Shown: piece by piece, positions 10,800 to 24,669 of the stretch
Layout of the letters: each line of letters begins with the position of its first letter
How positions within the stretch are numbered: the first letter of the stretch is position 1
Source of the DNA: Antedon mediterranea
Taxonomy: Eukaryota > Animalia > Echinodermata
Length of the DNA stretch: 64,000 nucleotides
Direction of reading: 5' to 3'
NCBI RefSeq assembly: GCF_964355755.1
Contig: NC_092670.1
Coordinates: forward strand, 8,422,201 to 8,486,200
Notes under the pieces: generated by a model
Told to the model about the DNA's origin: nothing
Databases searched by the model: none
Seen by the model: the letters and a program-made list of their open reading frames with translations, nothing else
Program-made: the position numbers and the translations under genes

Positions 10800-13700
10800 T
10801 AGTAGGGCGGCCAATGTGAGCTTTTTCATCATGGGGGGCATTTTCTGTTAATAGCAGGCAACCATGTGGAATATATCCCTTATGGGATGACAAAAAAGAT
10901 AGGGGTGGATGCCGCTCTCAAATTTCAGGTCAAAGGTCATTTTTAATGTTATAAGGTCAAATATGGTAAAATAGAGGTTTAAGCTGTTTTCAACAACATA
11001 TAAGCTAATTAAAAGAAATGTAACCATTATTGGATCATTATTGACATATTGCTGTAGATGGTGAAGTTCATCAATTTTTCAACTTACAAGTTTAAAGGTC
11101 ATTTTCAAGGTCATTAGGTCAAATAGAGCACAGACCTGTTAATTATCGGTATTAATAATTGAAATAAATATAATTTTCATAATAGCCTGGGGCTGATGGT
11201 TATAGTGTGGTGTCAAAAAGACCAGAATTGTACTGGGAAGATTTTGAACTTTTTGAGTCACTCCTGGAAGGTGTTCAAGGAATGGAGAGGATGAGTCCTA
11301 AAGTATCAAAATAACCGAAATTGGAGGCCTACTGGAATGTCTTAAATTTCATTTAAAAACGGTCACAGAGGGTTTGTGGGTTGGGAGTAATGGGCGGCAT
11401 GGGCACATGCCAATATTCGAAATGTTTCTGGGATGGAAAGAGGTAACGCTCTGTATGAGGTGGGTATTTCTTCAAGCACTGATATATAATGCCTACTCGC
11501 CATCTGGGTAACGGTAACAAGTTCCAAACTGACAACTGGGTTAGGGGCTTCCAAACGACCCGATTCATTTAGGCCACATACTGATCTCTGCCTGATAGTT
11601 GGCTCGTATGTTTAGGTTCTATGATGTCTGTATTGACCATAGGTGAGTTTTTTTAATTTTAAGTGTAAGTTCCCGAAGTAGAAATACAGGTACTTAAATA
11701 TTTATTGAGTGAAGTGAAATACTTCATATTTAAGGGAAATATATATTACTAGTGTTAATGGTATATGGTCACTGAGTCTAGATGGAGGTAGCACCAAAGA
11801 GTAGTCTGTTATTATACAGTTATCTGCTTAAGAGTACCATATATTTGGCAATATTAAACTTTAGTGTACACTGTACGTGGAAAGTTTTAATCTTAATCAA
11901 TTCCATTTACAAGGAGTGGATGCGTTACAAATGATTTCCAGTATGACCTCTTCTCATAACCAGCAAATAATGATGTGCTGCAACCTGTAATGGCAGGCAT
12001 GGAAGCTGGTTAGATTATTCTTAATAGGTTTTCAACCACTTTATTGTTCACTATACCAGACATCGTCCATACTTTTGAAGGCTACTGTTACAAAGTGCAT
12101 ATCATTAATTAACATCAACTTTCATGTATAATTGCAAGCTCTTTGTTATTGACATAAAGAATGTCTAAAAACTTTGTGATATTTGTTCTCCTCCAAACCG
12201 ATGAGTGTGGCCCAAAACACATACGGAAGTACAGATTAGTACATTGGGACTATCCTTTCAATCGTGTCACTGCTAATATCCACCCCTTTCCAATGTAATG
12301 ATCAAATACAACAAAATGACGAAATATCTAGGTAACTTGCATAAATACTTGCATAGTCACCAAATGTTTACAGCCATGTTTACTGCATCCTATAGTGCAT
12401 GACCATCATGTTTTTACTGTAAGTTTTCTTCTGGAACATCTGTGGGTATTTCAACGCCATCCATCAAGATATGTGAAGTCATATTTGGTTAAAGATATTA
12501 AAATTGGGCTATGATCATACTCTAATGGTTGATCAGCAGATTTTCTGTCAGTTTTTATATACTTTATCGAAACAGTTGCCTTATAGAAATCCGCAAAGGT
12601 TTAGAGCAATGCTTTCTCAGTGGCTCATGAAGTTCTAAGTTCTACTGTTTTTTTTTTCTTTCAATAAGTTGTTACTTTAAATAAAAGATCTTCCTTACCA
12701 TCTGTCAGTTCGAAAGAATATTGTGTATTATCTGTGATTCGTGATCAGTCTGACCATGTCATGCAGAACCTATCAATGAATTACAGCGTTTCTTGTTATA
12801 CCAATGATTCTATTTTGAATTGATCAATCATCCACTCAGTGTTTAGAATATTGGTTCTGATAATTTAGATAGATAAATTTGTTTACCCTTTTAACCTCAT
12901 TTCTACAACGAATCCAATCGGATTTTAAATGTGTTGGTGGTTTCAGAAATGACGACTTTGGTTGGCAAACTATTAAAATATATAATTACTAATTGTGAAA
13001 AAGTGGATCTCCTATCAGTCCTTTGTGAAATTTAGGTTTAAAAAGTCTAAGCTGATGTCCTCGTGTATTTCTGCTTAGATTGCATCTCATTTGAAGGAAG
13101 TCTTCCTTGGCTGCACGCTCAAAATATTTTGAAAATTTTCAATCAAGTCACCATGAATTCGTCTGTCATACAGGGTTGTTAGGCCAAGAAACTTTAAACG
13201 ATCTTCATGAATAAGAATGGATAGCTGGAATTTGATTTGTTGCATGACGTTGTCCTCTTCAAGTGCGTTTATGTCTTTTTGGATAAATGGATTTCATACC
13301 TGGACACAGTACGTAACGTAATGTTTGTAAATAACGTTAAAACCGTCTTTATCCATCCATGTGTATAAAGGACTTCTTAATTACTTAAGGAGTTTTATAT
13401 TTGTTATCACCGTCAGCCATGATAGCATAGATGCGAAGGCCTCAAGAAGAAGTCCCCAATTACCACTCCTTCCAACCTTGATAAAGTCTAATAGTTAGGG
13501 TTTTTGAAAACAAAGACTCGATACCCAGGTTTCTCTTTCGAGATTTCTCGAAACTTCAATAAAAACTTTGTATCATTGAAATAATGAAAAAAATGTTTAA
13601 ATAATTACATTATAGGGGGTCTCTGACCCAAACAAAAACATCTCGACATTAGGTCATATAGGGGGTCTCTGTTTTCGAAATTTTTCTAAAAACAAATTTC

Positions 13701-14331
13701 TAAATATTATTACATTATTATAGGTAATATTAATAATTTTTCTAAAAACAAATTTCTAAATATTACTGTATTACATTATTATAGGTAATATTAATATTGT
13801 AGTAAAAGACCAATCTTTTGGCACATATGGCGTTTCATACATATAACACTTGACCTATTTTTCCGACAAAAATCAAAACGATGACTGGTGGACAACATGA
13901 AAAAGACAAATTTACAACAGACTGGGAAAAGCCTATTAAAAAACTGTGTGTACTTTATAGAAATATGTGAAAACAACATTTTGAGAAAATGACACTTTTA
14001 TATTTAATTTCCTATGTTTTTATGTGTAAAATTAAATGTTTATCTCATAATTACTATAATATGAAGCATCAGTTGATCTTCAGATATACCTTTTTGGATA
14101 GCTCTGATGATGTAGATGATTTTCCGTGAATAAAAAAAAATCCTATATTTTGACCTTGTTTGACCTCTTGACCACATAAACTGACCTTAAAACCCAAAAC
14201 TGAAGATGGCATCCACCCCTATCGTTTTTGTCACCCCACAAAAGATACACTCAACATAGTTGCCTGCTATTAACAAAAAATTCCCCCCAAACTTTTTATA
14301 GAGGACTTTTGTGTATTTGGCCTCTCTACTA
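10800..14331 (-). mobile_element. Decayed Academ DNA transposon (Academ-1)
   Basis: TAGTAGGGCGGCCAA...TTGGCCTCTCTACTA termini, imperfect TIR over 100 bp, 3-bp TSD tca. Minus-strand remnant LLDFIKVGRSGNWGLLLEAFASML near 13430-13495 resembles the Academ transposase core. Absent from the paralogous site at about 40595. Confidence 0.75.
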
Positions 14332-14384
14332 TCATGTTTGCAAGATAAAATAGGCCTATATTTACGGGGCGCCGTATGGGACAA

Positions 14385-14965
14385 TGCTAATTTTGTCGAA
14401 ATATTACAATTTTGTCTACACATAATTAATTTTGTCAATACAAAATTCATTTTGTCAACACAAAATTTATTTTGTATTGACAAAATTCATTTTATGTTGA
14501 CAAAATTTATTCTGTGTGGACAAAATTAATTTTGTCTTGACAAAATTCATTTTGTCTTGACAAAATTCATTTTGTCATTTTGTCTCGACAAAATTAATTC
14601 TGTGTAAACAAAATTCATTCTGTGTAGACAAAATTAATTCTGTGTTGACAAAATTAATTCTGTGTAGACAAAATTCATTCTGTAACGACAAAATTCATTT
14701 TGTGGCGACAAAATTCATTCTGTAACGACAAAATTCATTTTGTGTAGACAAAATTAATTCTGTGTGGACAAAATTAATTCTGTGTAGACAAAATTAATTC
14801 TGTGTGGACAAAATTCATTTTGTGGCGACAAAATGTATTCTGTGTAGACAAAATTTATTCTGTGTAGACAAAATTCATTCTGTGTAGACAAAATTCATTC
14901 TGTGTAGACAAAATTCATTTTGTTGCGACAAAATTTATTTTGTCGCGACAAAAATAAATTTTGTT
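14385..14965 (+). repeat. 20-bp tandem array in the left TIR (gacaaaattcattctgtgta)
   Basis: Period-20 repeat that mirrors 24670-25200. Confidence 0.95.
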
Positions 14966-15499
14966 AGCCGAGCCTACTCAAGCGTGGGACAAAACGTTTT
15001 AACATTTAAATTAGAAGGCGGGGTTGTTATTGGAAACTCGAAGATTGACAGTTATAGGCCTACGATCAAACAGCTCACGAATATCATTTTACGACCTCCT
15101 CTACACCGGTGAACTTGAATACTTTGCGTCGAGTATAAGTACAGTTTATACTGACGTATAACAATATTATTGTATACTTAAAATTAATTCCGATTCAGCA
15201 AAACGGAACACGTAGCCCTCCCGGGTAGCCCTATATGCCTACCAATTTTGGTAATAAATATTAAAGATGGTTGAAGATTTATATCGATACCGATAATATT
15301 GATAAAGAAAATGACAACACTATTTACGATAACATCTGATAAGTTGAGTAGTAATGAAATGATTTTAGTTAATACATTTATTTTAATATAATAGTTAGTA
15401 TAGGCCTATTTATTCTTATGGGAATTGCGTCGTCTATATAGGCCTACCAAGTTAATTTGATAGGAATACTAAATTGCTAATAGGCCTAACTCAAGGGAA

Positions 15500-15695
15500 C
15501 AAAACTATGATATATCTCTTAAGACATATTGTCTCTAATTGGAATAATAGAGATATCTTTATTGAAACGATATCTTGGTTATAACAGGGATATATCTCTA
15601 TTGGAACCTAAGATCTATATTGTAAACTATAACTACATCTATTAAAAACTAAGATATTTTAGTTGCCTAAATAAATGACAGTTTGGTACGCCATA
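15500..15695. mobile_element. Solo right end of a second IS3EU-like element
   Basis: Degenerate agatatctc-type subterminal repeats ending in taaataaatgacagtttggtacgCCATA. No partner end found. Confidence 0.4.
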
Positions 15696-16783
15696 GATTA
15701 TGATATTGCAAATTGTCGTTAAAAAGTTAAATTTAATTTCAAATTTACGTTTAACTATTAATTTTACTCTCGGTTGCATATTATTATATATTTACACCCT
15801 CGAAAGATATAATTCAACTTTGACCAAATAGTTATGTGGGTGTTCACACAACTGACATATGGCGCCACTCAAGTATCCATTCCCATGGCAGTGTATATAA
15901 TCTTTCCACCTTCTCCATGATTGATTTTATTTATTATTGCTAATTGCAAATAATTGTTTATAGGTTTACATTGTTCTTTGTACTTTTAATGTACGTATTC
16001 AGTCTTTGCCTGGCTTGATAAGATTGATGTTAAATAAAAATGCATTTTCCACTAATAAAATATGGAGTTGTATCAAGAAAGTATTGTAATTTCGGGCAGA
16101 ATGGTTTTCGGTCTGGAAAGGTCATTATTACACTGTCTGGGGTGTTGATATACATCGAATGTTCGAATCGAATCGAATAGCCCCATTATTGAAGCTTTAC
16201 CTGAAGAGGTCCTAGACAACTTGCGTAATCTTGGAGAAGCCCAGACCCTCAGTCAAACCAGAATGGTTTTCGGTCTGGAAAGGTCATTATTACACTGTCT
16301 GGGGTGGGTGTCACGAAACCTCAGACCACGAAAGCTAAGACCCCCTAAGACCTAAGATCACGAAAGCTAAGACCCAAGACCTAAGATTACAAATTCTAAG
16401 ATATACTACAGCTTAAAAACAATTTTTGTTTATCCATACATAATTTTAAACACAGAGGTTTTATTTATTACCATAAATATAATTTAATACTACCGCAAAA
16501 CACAGGTAAACTCACATTATTTTCGCCCGTTGAGTAAATGTATATTTTTTCTTTACAACAAACAAACTTGACGGGTTGTTTGTTGGTATATATTTAGGAT
16601 GTTTTTCTTACGCACCTGCCTTTCTTGTATTTTGACTCCAAATTTGTTTACTAACTTTATCCTGAATACCACACTTTAAAATTAGGACTTATAAGTACTT
16701 TCAGAAGGAGAAACACATAATAACAAATAAATAAATCCTTTAAATTGATGATTTTACAGACGTGTTTCTTTGTATACTGTAAT

Positions 16784-19700
16784 TAGTCAGGTGGCTTAGC
16801 AATTTTAACGTTACCGGCCGGACAAAAGTACCAAAATTGGCATGGAGTTTCCTTTCGACCTATCTATTGATTTTATCCGTGGAACCCACTTGATCGGTTC
16901 CGATTTTCCAAGATGGCTGCCAAAATCCAAGATGGCCACCAGAAAAAAGGAAATGCCATATATCTGGCTGTAAAACTCGTAAATCAACAAATGGGGTGTC
17001 AATTTAAGGGTTTCTGGGGTCAATGAAACAGATGCTGGTTATGCCATATTGCTCAGACCACCTATTTCCAAGATGGCGGCCAAATTTCAAAATGGCCCTC
17101 AAAAAAGGGAAATGTTGTGTATGGCACTGTAAAAATCGGAAATGAACAAATGAGATATTAATTCAGGGGTTTCTGGGGTCACCGAAACAGATGCTGGTCA
17201 AGCCATTTTGCTCAGGTCACCCATTTCCAAAATGGCGGCTAAATTTCAAAATGGCTGCCAAAAAAACCCCACAATTTTGTGTAGGCATATGTGGGTTAAA
17301 AATCAGAAATTAACAAAAATAATGTATGAAAAAGGTTTACTTGGCTCGACTTGTTAATGGTTATTGAACTTCTATAATAGCTACATAACAGTTTACAGTT
17401 AAGTACAGTTGATTTACCCTATTTGGATGAACATGTGCACCGGCAAAGAGATGTGCAAGGCAGATTTGCCTTGCTGCATTTGCAGACTGTACAGGCCCTT
17501 TTGCAGCCACATTTCACAAATTCTCTGCAAGCTTTAGATGCCTCTGGACCAGACAGGTTCACATGAGTTCCCAACTTTCACCCATGCATAGTCGGTTAGA
17601 CACGGAATTGTTTGTTGAGATAACATGCATGTTGTCCAGATGCCAGCTTGGTATACGGCCCTCCTAGTGCATTCTGAGTAGGTGGTATCTTGTCAACAGC
17701 TTGCCGTTTCTGGCTGAACAATTCCATCCATTCATGGCGTTACTTGTTTTGTCATAAACTACGACAACTAGTCTCTCGATTCTTTGAAATGATTCAGAAT
17801 GTAAGTGAAGATGCTCAAACGGATGTGCGGCAAGATGACGAAAGGCATCCGTAACTTCGTCATAAGCACTCCATGCCTGCCAAAACGATTTCTTCCCTTT
17901 ACCTCTAAACGCTGAGGTAGTATTACATCCTGACAGTGAGTGGAAAATTGGCAGGGAACGTGATTTACGTTCACCGAGATGTGCACAAATGGCGTTGATA
18001 CTGTAATGAGTGTAGTTCTTTCCAATTCCAAATGCTATCCAGAGATCAAGATCAGCATTTATCTGAGAGAGGTCATGAAACACACCGATAAGAACAACGA
18101 CAACATCTGTATCCACAGTTCGCACCTGGATGGATTTTGCTCCATTTTCCAACCCGTGCTTCACGTGAACCACAATCATAGTGTCTGCTTCCTCTTGATG
18201 ACAGCTGGACATTTTGAACTGCGTTCCAACATGTAACATGCTCTACAGCTGTGATATATACCAAACACTCAGGAGGGATCTGCAATCTGCAACTTTTGAT
18301 GAAAGGAATTCAAAAAGTTCTTCCTTGTTGATTGGATCACGGAGGAAGTCATTCCAGTTGCCCGGCAGTTTGGTATCACCTGATACTTTTCTACGTACAC
18401 CTTTGCCTCGTTTCTCCCTGGTTCCCTCCTTAAGGCTATCTGGTCGGTATTCGTCCCACACAACATCCACTCGCTTTGTGTCACGTAGCTGACGTTTCAG
18501 ATGGGGTATAAACACGTTGTCAGCATATTCTTGGAATGTTGAGACATCGCACCATCCAGAACTTTGCAGTCATATAATACAGGTGCCTCTGTGTGGTTTG
18601 ATTCGATATATTGTAACAGATGACATTTGGTACCAGACAGATTAAGCTTTCCAAACTCAGACAGGGATGGAGGATACGACTGTACTTCGTGTGCAAAGAA
18701 TTCACTGATGCCACCATCTCTATTTTGTAAGGAAATGTATAACTGGCCGAAGAGTGCCACATTGTTCTCAAGCACCTTTACTTTCTTGCAATCCTTTGAT
18801 TTGACTTTGAGCTTTGTTGAGAGCAAGGTTAGTGAACACACGTGGAGAAGTTCTCTTGAGTTCTTTGAGATCGTACATGTATGGAGCGACTACGATCCAC
18901 GAGCACGGTCTTCACATACTCTTGACACTTCTTTGTGCCTGTATCTTCTAGTGTACGGATTGTATCCACTACTGTCTCATTCGCGCAGTTACGACTATCA
19001 AGACTTACCAACTCAGGGAAGTCATCCAGGAAGGGATTTCCCATCTTGCGTATTGTGTTAGATAGACTATCAACCTGTCGCTGGAAGGTTTTCTGTGCTA
19101 CAAGTCCCTGTTCATGGTGTTCAAAGTTAGCTGGGTTTTCCGGATCATCGTCATGAATATATTTTTTCTCATACTGTCTCAGAAGTCTGGCAAGCTCGGG
19201 TCCAGCAGTCATCCAGCGTCTGAAGGCAACTGGATTCTCTGTAAGTCCTACTACAACACCGGATGCATTCACCACTTTATTCTCTTGCTCATGCGCTTGG
19301 TCTATTGGAATCGCAGAGTATCTGTGTAACAACTTTGCGATTGTCCAGTGATTCCAAGTTTCAAACTCATATTTGATCTCTTGTGGCAATGCCTTCATGT
19401 CTCTAATGTGTACAGGCAGCCACCGAGAATAGTTCACATGATCTAACGCAAAGAACAATGGCACGAGTGCCTCTAATACAGAAACATATTCAAGAAACAT
19501 GTATTGACCAAAAATATTATATAACATTTACAATGGTTTGCATATAATATATATAGTCGAGAGACTACTGTACAAAAGGCCCGATAGGCCTGTCGCTGTA
19601 GTCCCTCTTTACATTATACAAATAATAATAAACATACAATAGGAAGTCTGACAAATATGAGAATCATAATCTCTTAGTGTGCGATCATGTTCCAGAACTT

Positions 19701-20509
19701 GAACGTGGGCCATTTTAAAATTTGACCGCCATCTTGGAAATGAGTGACCTGAGCAAAATGGACTGACCAGTAGCTGTTTCAGTAACCTCAGATACCTCTG
19801 AATTGACACCTTATTTGTTCATTTATGATTTTTACAGCCTTATATACAATATTTGCTTTTTTTGGCACCCATTTTGAAATTTGGCCGCCATCTTGGAACT
19901 GGGTGACCTGAGCAAAATGGGTTGACCAGCATCTATTACAGTGACCTCAGAAACCCTTGAATTGACACCTCATTTGTTCATTTCTGATTTTTACAGTCTG
20001 ATATATGACATTTTATTTTTTTGGCGGCCATTTTGAAATTTGGCCGCCATCTTGGAATTGGGTGACCTGAGCAAAATGGGTTGACCAGCATCTATTACAG
20101 TGACCTCAGAAACCCCTGAATTGACACCTCATTTGTTCATTTGTGATTTTTACAGTCTGATATATGACATTTGATTTTTTTGGCGGCCATTTTGAAATTT
20201 GGCCGCCATCTTGGAAATTGGTGGTCTGAGCAACATGACATGACCAGCTTCTGTTTCAGTGACCACCAGAAACCCTGACATTGACACCCCATTTGTTGAT
20301 TTATGAGTCTTACAGCAAGATATATGTCATTTCCTTTTTTCTGGCGGCCATCTTGGATTTTGGCCGCCATCTTGGAAAATCGGACCCGATCAAGTGGGTT
20401 CCACGGATAAAATCAATAGATAGTCCGAAAGGAAACTCCCAGCTAAATTTGGTACTTTTGTCCGGCCGGTAACGTTAATCCTGAAAATTGTTGCTAAGCC
20501 ACCTGACTA
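16784..20509 (-). mobile_element. AcademX DNA transposon, internally deleted (Academ-2)
   Basis: TAGTCAGGTGGCTTAGC...GCTAAGCCACCTGACTA termini, 3-bp TSD aat, TIRs of several hundred bp containing ~120-bp tandem repeats, transposase/XPG/Cys8 coding remnants inside. Confidence 0.88.
17419..19500 (-). pseudogene. Frameshifted AcademX protein: transposase C-terminal part, XPG-like nuclease, Cys-rich finger
   Basis: ORFs 18829-19527 (ALDHVNYSRWL, IDQAHEQENK, GLTENPVAFRRW), 18497-18841, 18243-18515 (VDVVWDEY..SLKEGTREKRG) and 17664-18239 (HQEEADT, DTDV, HSLSGCNTTSAFRGKGK). C-terminus CGCKRACTVCKCSKANLPCTSLCRCTC then stop at 17419. Confidence 0.85.
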
Positions 20510-21810
20510 AATGTAACTCCTCGAGCTCCCCCAAGCTCAATGTTTTTGTTTCTATGGAGCGCCAAAAGAGCAACAATAATAATACAAGTATAAAAACAGA
20601 AAGAAAACGAAACAAAAAAACTTATCATGATTTTTAAGTTAAAATTTATTTGCCAGTATTTATTTCTTCGTACTTGCATGATTATACTATTATCATTACA
20701 ATTTTAATTTTACATTGTTCCATCCACACACTGTAGATGGACTCGCTCCACAGAGTTTTCAGCCCTCTATATAATTTTTGCTCTTTTGACGTTCCATAGA
20801 AACAAAAACATTGAACATGGGGTAGGCCTACCAGTGTAGTGTAGGCTAGTCATTTTGTGTGCGAGAAAAACGTCTGTAAAATCATCAATTTAAAAATGTA
20901 TTTGTTACTTGTTATGTGATTCTTTTTCATGAAAGTGCCAATTCTAAGGTCTGGTCGGTTGGCAAACGTTGTTTACACTAATTATTTAATCTCTCTGCAT
21001 TCTTATACAGCGCCCTCTATAATGTTCCCTATTATGTCATAATTAATCATGAATTATTCATGATTTCTGCCCACGTTCGTCCTGGAAAAAAAAATTACGC
21101 GGCCAGGTAGCCTACGTTGGCTAGGTTCAGGACTGATTGCCCATAAAACAAAACTAACGTGAGCAATCTTTTGTAGTCAGTTCTTTAAATGTTTTTTTTT
21201 TCAAATAACGGACAGCTTTCAGCATCATTATTTCTGCAATGATTATTATTGTCTTAAAGATATATTGTCCCCTGAAAAAAATGTTTTTTTTTAATCTTTT
21301 TGTTGAATATGTTATTTTAATGTCACATAATAGTTATTTACTTTCACAAAAAATTGGGTCTGAAAAAAAATTATTTACCTGAAAAAATTTAAAGCAACAA
21401 ATTGTCAAATTGTCTGGGATCAGGTGCCGTTTTCGGCCACCTCGACTTGTATGGACTATACCATTATAAAAAGATGGGAAAATAGGGGTGTCCCATTTAT
21501 TAATTGAGTGTGTTCATGTGTTAAAATACTGCTCCTTTTGTTCTTTTGTTTTTCTTGTTGTTTCAGCAACAAAGGGAAAACAACTACGCCCTGCATGCTG
21601 TAGAATTAATTTCAGTTTTCAAGTTAATGCAGTATATTATGGCTCTTTATTTCTATATAATTTTTACAGGTTTATAGATACAGAAAGTATATAAAGAAAG
21701 TTTTTATTCCAGTTAGGCCTACAAATAAAAAATATAATTTACCTAACGATAACACAGTAGTACATTTAATAAAGATGACAGTAGTACATTTATCACATAC
21801 TGATTATTAG

Positions 21811-21836
21811 CATGGAGTAAAATTCTTTACTCCATG
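21811..21836. mobile_element. P-type excision footprint (26 bp)
   Basis: ttattag-CATGGAGTAAA attc TTTACTCCATG-ttattag; perfect 7-bp TSD. Confidence 0.75.
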
Positions 21837-22027
21837 TTATTAGGTAATCAGTAAAACAATAAACATTATAATTTTGTCAGTGAATCTGTACCATTTTGTT
21901 CCCAGAAAACACAGCGTTTGACATTGCATGTTTTTAGGTTTGGTCTTTCTAAAATGTTTTAAACACGTTTTTAAACGTTTCTGTGTAGAAATACATGTTT
22001 TAATTGAACAACGTTTGCATCAAAACG

Positions 22028-22440
22028 TTATAATAGCGAATGTAAAACGGAGCTGATAATGTCGCCATGAAGAGGATGATTGGTGTCTTCCAATATAGCA
22101 TGGAATACATCGGCAAGCTGTTCGCTGTAGAACGAGTCAAGCATTTGCATACTAGACAAACCAATTACTTTCCACGCTCTACCCAGCACCTTCTCAATTC
22201 GGTCTTTATCCCCCTTACATTCCCTTACTGATATTCCTAGCCCAATATACAATATGCCAAAATAGAACATCACTGATTAGTAAAACATAAACATTCTATA
22301 GTACAAATATCCTGCTTTACCCCAAAGAACCGAGTTTCCTCAAGCAGTACAGCCTTGTATTTAACCTCTTAACTACGATCAACATGTCCACCCATTTAGC
22401 TTTAGTCAAACACTACTGCCAGATACTTATCAATAATTGT
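22028..22440 (-). mobile_element. LINE fragment, post-RT C-terminal region (Rex1/L2-like)
   Basis: Minus-strand remnants RLYCLRKL.. and DKDRIEKVLGRAWKVIG..ILEDTNHPLH; frameshifted. Confidence 0.6.
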
Positions 22441-22864
22441 TAACAATCTCTACTTCCTTTACTTTAATTAATGTATACTGTCAGACCAATTATGTTTTCG
22501 AAAATCAATCCTTATTTCTTTCGTTTTATTTATGTTTAGTTCAAGAAAATAAAAAATATGATTTATCTACCGATAGGATTGGGCCGATTAGAATGCATTT
22601 GCCAACATTCGTACATATTTCACAACATTATAGAGTTTAGGTAATTTAACCGATTGTAATGTAGTATTTAGGATGTTTTAATTCCGATTGTATTGTAGTA
22701 TTTAAGATTTTCTAATTTCGAATCCGATTGTACAAAAATTTAAAGTGTTTAAATCTAGATAGGAATAACATAGGCCTAGTATTTAATATGCTTTAATTTT
22801 GATTATACTGTAGTGTTTAGTTTAGTTTTTATATATAATAAGTAAGTATACCTACTTATATAGT

Positions 22865-23780
22865 TTTTATTTATTTATTTATTCATAGGAATCACCTTTA
22901 TATCGGTGTCACACATTTATCAGTTAATGGTGCATCCAATTTACAGACAAAATTACAAATAACATAAGCCACAAAGTTCTAAATACTAATACATAACATC
23001 AAAACAAAATGTAAACTAGTTAATTAATTTATAGATCTGTATGAAAATACATAATACGTAAATTGTACAATATATATAACTACAAAAATTAAAACAGAAC
23101 AACAAAAATACAGGATAGGCCTAAGAAATAAAACTTACAGATACATCCTCATAGAGATGTATGTAGCTTGTTTACTATATTAATCAATTAGTTGAGAGAG
23201 GTAATGTGGATAACATTGTAGATCTAGTAACCCATGCTTTCATTAAATATGTTTTACAATAAAAATCAAAGATTTTTCCTAATGTTTCATTTTCAGTGAA
23301 TAAATTGTCTAGCATAAAGTGGTGTTTTAACTGAGGTCCACAATTAAAATTATCCCGGTACATACTTAATTATTGTCTAACAGAGTTTAATGAAGGACAT
23401 TTAAATAACAAAATGGTTTACTGTTTCTTTTTCGTTTGTACTACACATCTTACATAATCCTGTGTCATGATTTGATCAGGATTTTCTACGACCCTCAAGA
23501 TCTAGAGAGTTTGATCTTGCTTTAAATTTTAAATTGATACTCTTAAAATTAGTTTTATCTAACAAATATTGTTCAAGGTTTGGTTCCTTTATACATAGTA
23601 TATTCCGTTAACGTTGTGTTTTGCATGGAATTTCGTTTTGCATTGTGCCTTTGAAAACCACTCGTTATGATCAACTTGTTTATTATTTTTCCTAAATGGC
23701 TTTATCCAGTTAGTAGATGGTTCTTCATTAAATTTGTCTATAAAATTAGTTTTATATAAAATATCTTAATATAATATAAT
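22865..23780 (-). mobile_element. Decayed 3' LINE fragment
   Basis: (TTTA)n tail at about 22866-22884. Minus-strand remnant LCKMC..KETVNHF..CP resembles the C-terminal zinc-binding motif of LINE ORF2. Confidence 0.5.
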
Positions 23781-24669
23781 AATATTGTAATATAGTAATA
23801 TTGTTACAAAATCTTGGCATTCCCTAACACTAGGCCTACCTAATAATAACATGCCTTTTTAAAATGCTAGTTTTTGATGTTCTGTATTGTTCCTTGTAGT
23901 TTGTACTGTAGGTTACATAACAGAACAATTGTATTGTCTTCCCATTAATAGACACCCTTCTCTACATAAAACATAATACACCACACCCCTATCAAAATAA
24001 TGGTATAGTCCATATAAGTCGAGGTGGCCGAAAACGGCACCTGATCCATTGTCTGGAAGCCAATGAGTTTTTGGGTAATTTAACTGTTTATTTTGTCTTT
24101 TTATAGTTGAAATAATTTTTTTCCCCGTTCTTTTTTCTTATGGAAGTGAACAACTTCATTAAAACTGCATAATGGCCTATTCTTTATTTTTCATGATTTT
24201 GGGAGACAATACATCTTTAATTTTAAAATAAAGTATATACATTTTATAAGATTAATAAACAATATTTTAAACGACAAAATATTAAATAGCCCCATTACTA
24301 CAATTTTACTTAAGTAATAAGCAGGGCTCTAATGAAAACCATTTTCCGATTTTTTAATATAGAATACATTATAATAATAATTACTGACGACGTAGATATT
24401 AAATTGTCAAAGTATGAATACTGATCATATCTGATATTTTCAGGGGTTCCCTGATATTATAAAATAGATTAATATGATAGCAATAGAGACGGAGGCAGGC
24501 TCAGCCATAATAACTTAACCAATAACAAATGTCAAAGATAGCTTCACCCTGTCTTGCCCTTTTCACGTTTAAACTCCGCCTTCTAATTTAAATATTAAAA
24601 CGGAGCCTACTCAAGCGTGGGACAAAATGTTTTAAAAAACGTTTTGTCCCACGCTTGAGTAGGCTCGGC

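Larger units (their letters stand above)
16685..20950. mobile_element. Old long-TIR MITE split by Academ-2
   Basis: 16700-16770 is an imperfect inverted copy of 20865-20938, and 20530-20575 is an inverted copy of 20775-20822. Outer termini and TSD are unclear. Confidence 0.45.
21417..24047. mobile_element. Non-autonomous TIR element with 8-bp TSD (MULE- or Merlin-like)
   Basis: TIR of about 50 bp, GGATCAGGTGCCGTTTTCGGCCACCTCGACTT..., at both ends; TSD attgtctg at 21409-21416 and 24048-24055. Confidence 0.8.
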
